The notes under the pieces were generated by a model. The model saw nothing but the letters and a program-made list of their open reading frames with translations. It ran no database searches and was not told the DNA's origin. A DNA stretch of 64,000 nt, from contig JAVKOQ020000107.1 in NCBI GenBank assembly GCA_031835245.2, positions 1-64,000 on the forward strand, given 5' to 3'. A program made the position numbers and the translations under genes. Source of the stretch: Balamuthia mandrillaris (taxonomy: Eukaryota). This document shows positions 35,911 through 48,242 of the stretch, piece after piece; position 1 is the first letter of the stretch, and each line of letters opens with the position of its first letter.

Positions 35911-38900
35911 TCAGGCATCTACCAAGGCAGAAGCGCCTGGCTTCTTGAGCTGGCAAATCGTGAGTCTCTGAGTCATTCGTCTTTGGAATCGAACTCTCCT
36001 TCGCGCAAAGTATAGCGCACCAGCAACCATCACAACAATCGCGACAAGGACAGCACCACCCACCGATGCCCCAATGATGATGAGCAAGCTGCCACCACTT
36101 CCCCCGTCCTCTTCCTCCTGGGCACTCATCAGCACGATGTAGCGGGTGGAGCCCTCCCCATTCGTCTTGGTCACTTGGTCTGAGGCAAAGAGGACATCAT
36201 TCTTGATGGTGAGGGTCATGGGTTTGCTTGCCTTCTTCCATTTGGTCTCGCTTTCGCTTCCACCTGATGACGATGATGAGGATGAAGAAGAGGTGAGGGC
36301 AGAAGGAGCAGGAGCGCTGCCAAGGAATGCCGTTTGATCGCCTTTGAGCAATCCAGGGAATTGGTGGGTGGGACCCAAGCTGAATGTCAAGACCACCACT
36401 TGTTGACTCTCCTCTTCGCTGGAACTGCCATTGCTGCTGCTGCCACTGCTGCTGCTGCTGGCGGTGCTGTTGCCCTCCTCCTCCGCCTTCACCGCTCCAA
36501 TCACAACATCCAACTCAACGGCTTGTGAGATGACTCGAAGATTGGAAGGGAGCTGTGGGGTGTGCTGCTCCGGTTTCACACTCTTGATCTCCACCAACAC
36601 GGACTTGGTCACGTGTTTCAGCTCCGCCACCAGCACTGGCGTGTTGGTGGTCTTCTCAAACACCGTGATGACCTTGTTTTCTCCGTTCTCGCTGCTGCTG
36701 TCCCCACCATTGGTGGAGGTGGGGGCAACGACGAGCAAGACATCACCGAGACAGGGAAGGCCTGGTGAGCAGCCACCGGTGGAAGGATTGGTGGGTGGGG
36801 CCGAGGCCTCCCTGCATTCATCTCCATCCCTCACCTGACCAGCAGGACAAAAGCAGTCACAGCGTTGGCTGACCATCTTGCGGAGCAGAGGGGAAGGGCA
36901 GGAAGCAGGGCAGCTGCACCCGGACTGCACGCAGAGGCCAGCCTCCAAGCCATCATCACACTTCTCGTGGGAGGCATCCAGAACGCCATCCCCACAGAGC
37001 GTGCAGTCCGAGCGACAAACCCGAGGGTTGGAGTTGGAGTTGAGCCCGCCTTTGTCACAACGCTCTCCGCTGTCCAGAATGCCATCTCCGCAGCGCTTTG
37101 GCCGACAGTCCAGACGACAGGGTGCATCCTTTTGGTCTGAGTTGGCTGGTCCTGCATCACACAACTCTCCAAAGGAAGGATCGAGGATGCCATCTCCACA
37201 CCTTCGTGCTCGACAGCCCTTCCGACAGGGGCCATCAGGGCCGTTGCTGTTGAGTGGGCCTGCATCACAGTCTTCGTCATGCTCAAGCACGCCATTTCCG
37301 CAGATGCTGCCCGTTGGTGCAACCGGGCAGAAGCTTGCCAAGGCAGAAGAGTTGGCTGAGAGTTGGACCGAGAAACTGCCTGGTGTCGTTGTCACCTCTG
37401 TTGATAAGAGACTGGCTTCCTCTCCACTATCCAATTGTGCCAATCGCAGGTAGTCCGTAAGCTGTTGGTGCGTATGACACCAATAATTCAGCTGGTCAGG
37501 CATATATTTCATACAACAGAAGGGTAATGCTGACCTGGAGGTTGTTAATAAGGAGATGCATGTGGATGGTAATCCAAGGGGTGGTGGGCAGGACAACCAC
37601 CTGTTGCGTTGAAAGAAGGAAACAAGGACCCACGATGTGATACCTGTTCTCATTGTCGTCCAGCACTTCCTCATGCTGGTTGATCAAGTGAAAGGATGCC
37701 CTGGACACCTTCACCACCACCGATGCTGGCAAATCACTTGTGAGCAGGGTGACTGTGCCAAACTCTTCCTTGCTGTTCCAGTCCCTCAATGGCAGTTGCT
37801 GTGTTATTTTATGTTTTGTTGAATGTCATTCAAGCTCAAGAGACTAAATATCTCGTTGGTGAAGCAGCCAACGGTAGGAGTGATACCAAAATGTTGCCAG
37901 GGGGACCACCATGGTAGACCACAGCAGAGAACGGAGCCATGCGGACGGCCTTCAAGGCTGGAGGACATTGCGTGATGTCATCCACGCATCTCTCATCCCA
38001 GCACCTCACCCCTCCACCACTGCATTCCTCGAGTTCCGCACACCCCTTGCATTGAGCGGTTACAACAACAACAAACAGCGAAGAGCAAAGAACGAAAAGG
38101 GGGGGTCGAAGCTCACCGTGGTGTTGCATGACATGTCCCAACACATCATGGAGTGTGGCATGCACAGATCCAGCGAATAATTGTCTGCACTCATGTCCTG
38201 GCAATCGCGGGGCTCTCGACAAACCCCATCCAAACACAGTGCTGTCCCTGGCCCACATGTCCCCACCGGAACGACTCCACATTCCTCGGTGCTGGCCTCG
38301 CATTTCCCTGTGAAACACCTGTTCAAGAAAGGATGTTAGTTTACCATTTGGAGCGGATGAGAGCGAGGCACAATAGAAAAAGAGGGGAGAAGGAAGGCAG
38401 TTGGGGTTGCAAAGGAACACAGACCGGACGGGGCGTTCCCAGGAACAGCTCACAGAGGGACAATCCTGCCAATCCGCCTGACAAGAGCCATCACAACACA
38501 CCACCTTCCCCGCATCACAGGGGAAGTCCCGCTTGGCGATGCAATCCTCACAAGATTGCCCACACTCTCCATTGAAGCATGGGATCATGTTGTCTTCTTG
38601 GCAGGCTGGCTTGATGCTGTGGCAGGTTTGGGGGTCTTCTGTGCAATCCCCTGAGGGACACCTGCAAGCACACCACAACGGTCAGCGAGTCAACCATGAC
38701 CATTTCTTTCTTTGTCAAATGATGAAAGAGGTGTTTGGAAGAGAACCTGAATGGAAAGCTGGGGGGGCACTGCACATGTCCACTCAAGGGACACCCTCCC
38801 TCATAGTTGCACTCTAAGCGAAGCTCCCCAAACAAAAGTTGATCTTTGGTTTCGTGGGCAGGACAAAAGGTGAGAATTGGAAAATCAATGTGTTCAATGT

Positions 38901-40031
38901 AGCCGCACCATTGGAAAACACTCTTCTTCGGATGGGATGGTGAAAAATGCTATTAATTGTGGGGTTAGAGTTAAACTTTTCCACCTGGGGGCGTGTGTCG
39001 CCGAACGTTGTGAAATGAAGGCGATAAGAGGGTGCGTCTGTAGGGTATCCCCCAACAATCCAAATGGTGAGTTCCTCCTCATCAGCAAACATATAATGAG
39101 CATGTCGACTTGCCAAATCTTCGTGAGGAGCGAGAGCGGTCCATTGCAGCGCATCAGGGTCATAGCGAAGGATTTGCCCCGTCGGCCCGGTTGGGCTTAT
39201 CCCGCCATGGAATATGAGATACCTTCCGAAGGTGACGCCAGCTGCGTACGCGGCACGAACCCCAAACCAACCAAGTTCTCTCCACGTACTATTTACTGTA
39301 AAATGTGGTTTGCTAGGGAGTAAGCTGCCAACAAAAAGTCAATCACAAGAGTTCAACACTCACCTGGTTCGTAACATTCAAATACATCAAGTGGCCTCCC
39401 TTCATAATCCAACCCTCCATACACCCACAGTGTGTGGTCATAGCTCAAAACTGTAGTGGCGGATCTGAGCCAAGCCACTGACGACACAGGGCTCCATTTC
39501 TTGGTTGTGGTGTCTTTGTTGACCGAATAAGACAAGTTAAACCATTCTTTTCCGTGCAACAGAAGAAGAGCAAGACGCACTTAAAGCAAACATCTGGTCG
39601 ACGATTTGACCTTCCGTTTCTCCATTGAAGCTGTAGAGTAAGTCCCCAAGAATGGCTGTGCCGAAGGCGGCGTTATCCCACGTTAGTGGACCTCCCTCTA
39701 GTATAATGCCTTCCCTGTAGATGGTCTGGTTTTCTGCATTACGTCAAGCCGAACAGATTAGTCCAGTTTGAATAGGGGGAGAGATCTTTGCCCCGAACGT
39801 ACGCCAATTGACAATGAACGGGGAATACAGGTCCTGCCCTATATACCATGTCTCGTCTTTAGACGGTATGTAGTTTACAGTAAACACTTTTGAAGGCCCA
39901 CTGGGTATGGGCGTCAACTCTGTGAATATTATGCTTTGACCCGCCTCGGACCTCACAGCAACGCCTCCCATCCACACCGCAAGCAATGTTGCGATGACCC
40001 GCCGCCAAAACAAGTCACGGCGTCTGTTCAT
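35911..40031 (-). CDS. Type I membrane surface protein, copy A: signal peptide, Kelch-like propeller, Cys-rich repeats, CGDG..E.CD repeats, TM, short basic tail
   Basis: MNRRRDLFWRRVIATLLAVWMGG signal; Kelch-like LWVYGG/IFHGG/IWIVGG; four CG(N/D)G(V/I)L...CD repeats; TM LLIIIGASVGGAVLVAIVVMVAGALYF followed by RRR. Confidence 0.85.
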
Positions 40032-40308
40032 GTTTGCTAAAGGTAAGATGGTCCCTGTTAGTTGTGTTATTACGCCCGCATGCTTCCTGCCTTCCGTTGG
40101 TTCTTGCAAACAAGAAATAAACTGATACAGCGAAGAGGCGTTTTCATCAAAAAAGGAGAACGTCAACACAACGAAAGGACAATTCCCCCCGCACCGCAAA
40201 CGTAGAAAGAGCGCAAGCCCGGCTCAACAACAACACCAAAAAGAACCAAAGACATAACAACACTGAAGAAGAAAAAAATAAATACATATATAAATACAGA
40301 GGCTTTTC

Positions 40309-40809
40309 TCAAGGGTTCCCCGGCATGCTGAGCTGCTTTAACGAGAGTCTGCTCTCTAGCAGTGATTTGAAACGACTCCTCCTGATAGCGCAGTAGAGCG
40401 TACCGGCAACAGTAACAACAATCGCGACAAGGACAGCACCACCCACCGATGCCCCAATGATGATGAACAAGCTGCCACCACTTCCCCCGTCCTCTTCCTC
40501 CTGGGCACTCATCAGCACGATGTAGCGGGTGGAGCCCTCCCCATTCGTCTTGGTCACTTGGTCTGAGGCAAAGAGGACATCATTCTTGATGGTGAGGGTC
40601 ATGGGTTTGCTTGCCTTCTTCCATTTGGTCTCGCTTTCGCTTCCACCTGATGACGAGGATGAAGAAGAGGTGGACGAAGAAGGAGGAGCAGGAGCGCTGC
40701 CAAGGAATGCCGTTTGATTTCCGCTCAGCAGTCCAGGGAATTGGTGGGTGGGACCCAAGCTGAATGTCAAGACCACCACTTGTTGACTCTCCTCTTCGCT
40801 GGAACTGCC

Positions 40810-40843
<34 letters not shown>

Positions 40844-43800
40844 GTGCTGTTGCCCTCCTCCTCCGCCTTCACCGCTCCAATCACAACATCCAACTCAACG
40901 GCTTGTGAGATGACTCGAAGATTGGAAGGGAGCTGTGGGGTGTGCTGCTCCGGTTTCACACTCTTGATCTCCACCAACACGGACTTGGTCACGTGTTTCA
41001 GCTCCGCCACCAGCACTGGCGTGTTGGTGGTCTTCTCAAACACCGTGATGGTGGTGTTTTTGCCACCTTCACTCGCACTGCTGCTGTCCCCACCATTGGT
41101 GGAGGTGGGGGCAATGACGAGCAAGACATCACCGAGACAGGGAAGGCCTGGTGAGCAACCATCGGTGGAAGGATTGGTGGGTGGGGCCGAGGCCTCCCTG
41201 CATTCATCTCCATCTCTCACCTGACCAGCAGGACAAAAGCAGTCACAGCGTTGGCTGACCATCTTGCGGAGCAGAGGGGAAGGGCAGGAAGCAGGGCAGC
41301 TGCACCCGGACTGCACGCAGAGGCCAGCCTCCAAGCCATCATCACACTTCTCGTGGGAGGCATCCAGAACGCCATCTCCACAGAGCGTGCAGTCCGAGCG
41401 ACAAACCCGAGGGTTGGAGTTGGAGTTGAGCCCGCCTTTGTCACAACGCTCTCCGCTGTCCAGAATGCCATCTCCGCAGCGCTTTGGCCGACAGTCCAGA
41501 CGACAGGGTGCATCCTTTTGGTCTGAGTTGGCTGGTCCTGCATCACACAACTCTCCAAAGGAAGGATCGAGGATGCCATCTCCACACCTTCGTGCTCGAC
41601 AGCCCTTCCGACAGGGGCCATCAGGGCCGTTGCTGTTGAGTGGGCCTGCATCACAGTCTTCGTCATGCTCAAGCACACCATTTCCGCAGATGCTGCCCGT
41701 TGGTGCAACCGGGCAGAAGCTTGCCAAGGCAGAGGCACTTGCTAAGAGTTGGACCAGGGGGGCCTCAGTTTTTGTCCCCTCAGTTGGGAGTAAAGCGCCT
41801 CTTCCTCCTGAGTCAAATGCTGCCAAATGCAGGTGTTCCGCTCGCTGTCGATGTGTAAAGTGCGTTGGTTAAGAAAGGGACCAGATAGAAAAGAAAAGAG
41901 AAGAGAAGAGAAAAAAAGAAAGAACAGAAAAGAAAAGAAAAGAAAAGAAAAGAAAAGAAAAGAAAAGAAAAGAAAAGAAAAGAAAAGAAAAGAAAAGAAA
42001 AGAAAAGAAAAGAAAAGAAAAGAGGCCTCACCTCAGAGTTGTAGAAGGGAAGCTGCATGTGGATGATAATCCAAGGGGTGGTGGGCAGGACAACCACCTG
42101 TTGCGTTGAAAGAAGGAAACAAGGACCCACGATGTGATACCTGTTCTCATTGTCATCCAGCACTTCCTCATGCTGGTTGATCAAGTGAAAGGATGCCCTG
42201 GACACCTTCACCACCACCGATGCTGGCAAATCACTTGTGAGCAGGGTGACTGTGCCAAACTCTTCCTTGCTGTTCCAGTCCCTCAATGGCAGTTGCTGTG
42301 TTGTTTGTTGTTTTTGTTGAATAAAAATGGTAAGCTTAAAGCACTGGGGGGTAGACTAAGCCTATGGAGGTACCAAAATGGTGCCGCCTGGACCACCATT
42401 GTGAACCACAGCAGAGAACGGGGCCATGCGGACGGCCTTCAAGGCTGGAGGACATTGCGTGATGTCATCCACGCATCTCTCATCCCAGCACCTCACCCCT
42501 CCACCACTGCATTCCTCGGGTTCCGCACACCCCTTGCATTGAGCGGTTACAACAACAACAAACAGCGAAAAGCAAAGAACGAAAAGGGGGGGTCGAAGCT
42601 CACCGTGGTGTTGCATGACATGTCCCAACACATCATGGAGTGTGGCATGCACAGATCCAGCGAATAATTGTCTGCACTCATGTCCTGGCAATCGCGGGGC
42701 TCTCGACAAACCCCATCCAAACACAGTGCTGTCCCTGGCCCACATGTCCCCACCGGAACGACTGCGCATCCCTCGGTGCTGGCCTCGCATTTCCCTGTGA
42801 AACACCTAGTCAAAAAGCATGTCAGTTTTACCTCCTTTTGGAGTGGATGAGCGGTGCGCGAAAGAAAAAGTGCGAGTGGGGAGAAGGAAGGCAGTTGGGG
42901 TTGCAAAGGAACACAGACCGGACGGGGCGTTCCCAGGAACAGCTCACAGAGGGACAATCCTGCCAATCCGCCTGACAAGAGCCATCACAACACACCACCT
43001 TCCCCGCATCACAGGGGAAGTCCCGCTTGGCGATGCAATCCTCACAAGATTGCCCACACTCTCCATTGAAGCATGGGATCATGTTGTCTTCTTGGCAGGC
43101 TGGCTTGATGCTGTGGCAGGTTTGGGGGTCTTCTGTGCAATCCCCTGAGGGACACCTGCAAGCAGCACACCACAACGGTCAGCGAGCCAACCATGACCAT
43201 TTCTTTCTTTGTCAAATGATGAAAGAGGTGTTTGGAAGCGAACCTGAAAGGAAAGCTGGGGGGGCACTGCACATGTCCACTCAAGGGACACCCTCCCTCA
43301 TAGTTGCATTTCAAGCGAAGCTCGCTGACCGTGTCACCTAAGCAAGAATAAGCAAAGAGGTAACCTGGTCTCGATAACAGTAGTACTCACTTGTAACGAA
43401 CACTCTCTTTCTGACGGGGTGGAGAAACATGCTTCGAATAGGAGCGTGATAGCCATACTCTTCAACTTCAGGGTTTGTGTCTTCAAATGAGTTGAACCGA
43501 AGACGGAAGGAAGATAATCCGGGAGGCAGACCTCCCACAATCCAAATGGTGAGTTCCTCCTCATCAGCAAACATTTTGTGGAACCGACGGCCGGGCAAAG
43601 TGCGTGTGGGAGTGATGCCACTCCACTGCAACTGTGTAGGGTCATAGCGAATTATTTGACTTGTTACAGCCCCGGAGGCGTTGGGAATCTCTCCGCCATG
43701 GAATATGAGATACGGTCCAAAGGTGACTCCGGCTGCGAAGGCAGCACCAGTACCAAACCCCGCTCTGTTCGTCCACACTCGCGTCGCTTGAACGAAGTGG

Positions 43801-44530
43801 TTAGTCTGTCGGCGGGTTGCCAAAGGAAACGAACACAAAAAAAATTGCCCAACCTGGGTTGTATTCAGCAAAAAGATTTTGGTAGTACCCGCTGTTGAAC
43901 CCTCCCCAAACCCAGAGTTTGTTGTTTTTGACAAGGCTGGTTGTGCCACGTCGCTGAACTCCAGGTGGTGTCACCTGCCTCCAAACCTTGGTTGTCGTGT
44001 CTTTGTGGGGAAAACCAACAATTTTTTGTAAAATGCTTGTCTGAGAAGAGCAGTTTACAAAAGTAACAACATACCTAGAGCCCACGCCTCATCTGGGTGT
44101 TGAGGGGGATCGATCCTCCCATTGAGATTGTAGATTGTATCACCAATGATGGCTGTACCTGACATCGCAGAGTACCACTTGCGAACCTCACCAACCGTGG
44201 CCTCACGACGTAAAGTAAGAGTCTCTGTTTGGACAGCAAAACGCATATTAATCCCTATCGATCAGACGAGAGCCTTATGAAGGACGTACTCCAGTTGACA
44301 ACAAAGGGTTTGTCCGCGTCAAATCCGACGTACCAGGTCTCGTCTTCTATAGGCTTGTAGTTGGTAGTGTACACATCATTCGATCCACCAGGAGGTAAGG
44401 CCGCCAGCTCTATGAACGTCAAATTTTGGACCGCTCCCGCCCTCTCCGCAAATCCTGCCATCAGCGGCCCTGCAACGATGGCCCACCGCCAAAGCAGCAA
44501 CACCAACAAGGCCACATCGTCCCTGCCCAT
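40309..44530 (-). CDS. Type I membrane surface protein, copy B (tandem paralogue of copy A)
   Basis: MGRDDVALLVLLLWRWAIVAG signal; same domain and exon layout; long blocks near-identical to copy A. Confidence 0.85.
41888..42022 (+). repeat. (AAAAG)n microsatellite in an intron of copy B (absent from the equivalent intron of copy A)
   Basis: Directly visible. Confidence 0.95.
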
Positions 44531-44711
44531 GGTTCGGAAGAAAAAAGAACGTTTTCCTCCCCTGGTTTTGCTTCCCCTCCCTTGGTTTGTGTGTATGTGT
44601 GTTGAAATTCCCTTCCGGGGTTCCCCCTCTTCCTCTTTCGCCGTACTTTCCCAAAGGAGAGCAAGCGGCTCTCGCGCTGTTTGGCCAACCGACAAAAAAA
44701 AACAGCCGATC

Positions 44712-44841
44712 AGAAAAATGGGGTGAGTGAGGTTCGAACCGGTGCATCTTCCTAGAAAAAATGGGGGGGGGGATGAGGTTCGAACCGGTGCATCTTCCTA
44801 GAAAAATGGGGGGGAGTGAGGTTCGAACCGGTGCATCTTCC
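44712..44841. repeat. Three tandem ~42-46 bp units, each with a perfect palindromic Pol III B-box (GGTTCGAACC)
   Basis: Unit AGAAAAATGGGG(n)..TGAGGTTCGAACCGGTGCATCTTCC at 44712, 44754 and 44800; B-boxes at 44731, 44777 and 44820. Confidence 0.9.
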
Positions 44842-44867
44842 CTGAGATAGAAACTTTAAAACAGAGG

Positions 44868-45609
44868 ATGTTGCTAGGGAGGAACCCGCTCACCCGAAGG
44901 CAGTCCTTGGGCTTCACCGTGGCCTCTTTGGTTGGGCTCGGTGCCGTTGGCGGCGTTTGGTGGTACAACACCCGTGAGGTTCGTTTTTTCTCTGTTTCCT
45001 TTGCGCAGCCCCCGCGCTTGTTGTTGATCGCGACAGGCCATCATCAACAGCGCCCACCTCCGCTTCCAAATGTTGAGCCTCTGGTGCGCGGTAGCGCCAA
45101 GCCACAGACCGAAAAAACTAAAGTCGTCGCACCTTCTTATGGTCCTCCCGTAGCTGCTGCCCCAAAACAACAAACAACGACGCCCCCTCCTCCCTCCTCC
45201 CCAGAAAAAACCAACCTTAGACAAAAGTTTGAAAAACTTAAAAACTTCCACAAAAAGGTTTGAAGGGGACCGCTTACCTCTCTTTCTTTCCTTCTTGCTT
45301 GGGTGTGTTCTTACTTTTTTTTTCGCCCGTGGAATGAAGGGGCAGGAACCGACGGTAGCAGCACCAGCCCAAAACTCAACTTCGCCAGAACCGACGTACA
45401 GCATGTTTGAAGGCACCCGCTTGAAACGCAGGTTTGGATGCGCACCGGCTGACCACTTCCTTCCTTCCTCTGCTTCTCCGTTGGCAACTTCTCCATCGCA
45501 ACAACAACAACTTCAATCGCCACTTCAACCCCAACTACAAGAACAACAACGGCCACAGCAGCAACAACTAGTACCATCTCAACAATTAGCAAACAATCAA
45601 ACCCACTAA
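44868..45609 (+). CDS. Small hypothetical single-TM protein with a Pro/Gln-rich tail
   Basis: MLLGRNPLTRRQSLGFTVASLVGLGAVGGVWWY; intron 44974-45036 and a second intron from ~45258 join the two ORFs. Confidence 0.55.
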
Positions 45610-45844
45610 AACCAACTGAAAACAGAAGAGAGAGAAAAGAGAGAGAAGAGAAAGAAGCAGAGAAGACAGCAAAGAAATACGTGAAACGTTCCTTTTCTTC
45701 TTCTTCTTCTTCATCTCTGTTGTAACATGTGTTGACTGTTGTTGTTGATAATAATAAGGATGGGAGTTACCACGGGCCGTGGTTTATAACTGTACATTTG
45801 TCAATTGCCGGAATGTGCACGACCTTTCTTTTCATCATCAGCAC

Positions 45845-46308
45845 TCATTTGGAGAAGTGGAGGAGTCGTCTCCGTCGTAGCGCGTTAAGAGAGGTTGGAT
45901 CGTCATCATCCTCTTCTCCTCCTGCCATTCCCTCTATTACTCCTTGCGCAGTAGATGTGGAATCAGAGGAGGAGGAGGAGGAAGAGGAAGAGTTGGCAGT
46001 GGATGAAGTTGGCCCTTGTTTGTTCTGCATGTCAGCCAACTGCCTCTGCATGTGGGCCATTTGCTCTTGTAGCTCAGCCACTTGGATCTGAAGTATCTGA
46101 AGCAGCTGAATGGGTTCTGTGTCGAGGAGGGAAGCTCCTCCCGCTTGGTGCGACGAGCTTCCTGCCGAAGAAGAGGAAGAAGCAGAGGAGGAGGAAGAAG
46201 AAGGGTATGGTCCTTCTCGGCCGGCGAATGGTTCTTGGTGCTCTCTATAAAGACGATGAGCTCCTGGATAGTCGTCACCATGTTGTGGTTGATGTTGGTG
46301 TCGTTGTG

Positions 46309-46345
<37 letters not shown>

Positions 46346-47529
46346 TTGTTGTTGCCGTTGCGCTTGTTGAGGGGGTGCGGCTAATACTGACATGCGACAA
46401 ATGGGACAGGTCTGTTGGCGCTGCAACCAGTTCAAAAGACAGTTGAAGTGCAGAATGTGGCCGCAGGGTAGCTTCTTTCCATGAGTCATGTCCTCTCTGC
46501 ACACGATGCAGATCTGCTCTGAGTCAGCCAACTCCTCTGGAGTGACATCGGGGAATCTAAATCGTTGATAGCAAGCACGAAAAGAATTACGAAGGAAATA
46601 GGGTAGCTCAGTCTTCTCTGCCTTTATCACTGGAAAGGAGACGAACAAAACCCAAAACAAACAAACAAACAAACAAACAAACAAACAAACAAACAAACAA
46701 ACAAACAAACAAACAAACAAACAAACAAACAAACAAACAAACAAACAAACAAACAAACAAACAAACAAACAAACAAACAAACAAACAAACAAACAAACAA
46801 ACCTTTCGTTCATGTTGGCAGTAGCCCTGCGATAGCTGATCAGCGTGTTGATGCATTGCTTCAAAGACCGTATGGTCAAGTAAACGTTGCGCACAATGTG
46901 CAAAGGAAGACCATAGTGAACCATCACGATGGCGAAGAAAACGAGGTAGACCAGCAGTTGGAATATGTCTGTGAAGAACTCGAGGTAGAGTATGATGGCT
47001 CCTTTCCTGTCCCATGTACCCTCTCGATAGTTGTCAAATACAGTGATAGCGAACTTGACCATGGTTGAAAGCGCCGTAGAGGCCAAAAGCAGAAACTCAA
47101 ACCCAAAGAGAAGCATCATGGAAGGGCCATGCGCCAGAGTCGCCGAGACCGAGTGGGAAAGTAGCGTCAAATCGGCTGACAAGGAGAGACACATCAAAGC
47201 TAGCAGGCGCACGTAGACCAGGTTGGACGTGGGAGGGGCTTGTTGCAGCTGTAACATTTTTCGAGCATAAGGTGAGTGAATGAATGAGAGAGAGAGAGAG
47301 AGAGAACAAACATAATCCACACGGTCGTTTGCAAGCCAGTGGAAGATCTTCAGGAACAGAAGGGAAGTAAAAAGAGCGAAGAACAGAATGTTGAACTCAT
47401 TGCGAAAGATGGTCATAGCAAGCAGGGTGTCGGTGATAGTGGCCCATATACGCTCAGTCAAATGCTACGAACAATCCAATTCCATCAGACAAACAAAAAA
47501 AGAATGATGTGTGGGAGAGAATGAGAAAG

Positions 47530-47569
<40 letters not shown>

Positions 47570-47894
47570 TAATACCAACCTCAACTTCAATCTCTCGAAG
47601 GGTACCAAGAAAGAGCTTTTTGATTATGTGGCCAAAAAGGATGGTAAATACAATGCCCAAGTTACCCAGCACCTGCTCGTTCGTACGGCAGCCATTTTGT
47701 TAACGAAACAAGCGAACAAAGAACTCAAAAAAAACAAAATAATGCGATGTGGTCCAAACCATCAAGCAAGGTTTCGACTGAGTGAGGTGCACCACAGCTG
47801 GAAAAAACTGGTTATGCGTTTTGAAAGTGTTGGCAACAACAGCCGCTGTGGCTAGCGTGCTAAGACACGCATAGGCCATCAGTCTGCCCCCCAT
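45845..47894 (-). CDS. HRD1: HRD1/synoviolin ERAD E3 ubiquitin ligase
   Basis: QFFPAVVHL, LFLGTLREIEVE, LFLKIFHWLANDRVDY, FGFEF, GLPLHIVR, RING-H2 CIVCRE...KKLPCGHILHFNCLLNWLQRQQTCPICR, C-terminal LRRRRL. Confidence 0.95.
46655..46802 (+). repeat. (AAAC)n microsatellite in an HRD1 intron
   Basis: Directly visible, ~36 units. Confidence 0.95.
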
Positions 47895-48093
47895 TTGTTA
47901 CGGCCTTCTTCCCTCCTCAAGCCTTGTTTCTCCCTGTGGAGCTATTTTTGTACTTTGTGTTTTTTTTTTGTTGGGTGTTTTCGTGACGTCTATATTTGTC
48001 GACCATTTGTCGACGTAAATTAGAAATGGGTCGATATTTGTCGATAATCAAGCAATTATTTTTGTTTTTTTGTGAGAAAAAATCGGTCGCGGT

Positions 48094-48195
48094 TTACGTG
48101 GCAGAGCCAAAGGGAATGACTAAGTCGCCGCAGTCTTGCACGGTCATGTCCAGAAAGGCGCTGCTCAGCTCCTGGCCGCATGTTCCCATCTGTAT

Positions 48196-48242
<47 letters not shown>

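Noticed and set aside
44712..44841. CRISPR array or tRNA genes
   Set aside because: The units abut with no unique spacers and there are no cas genes. The B-box lacks a paired T-stem, D-arm and anticodon arm.
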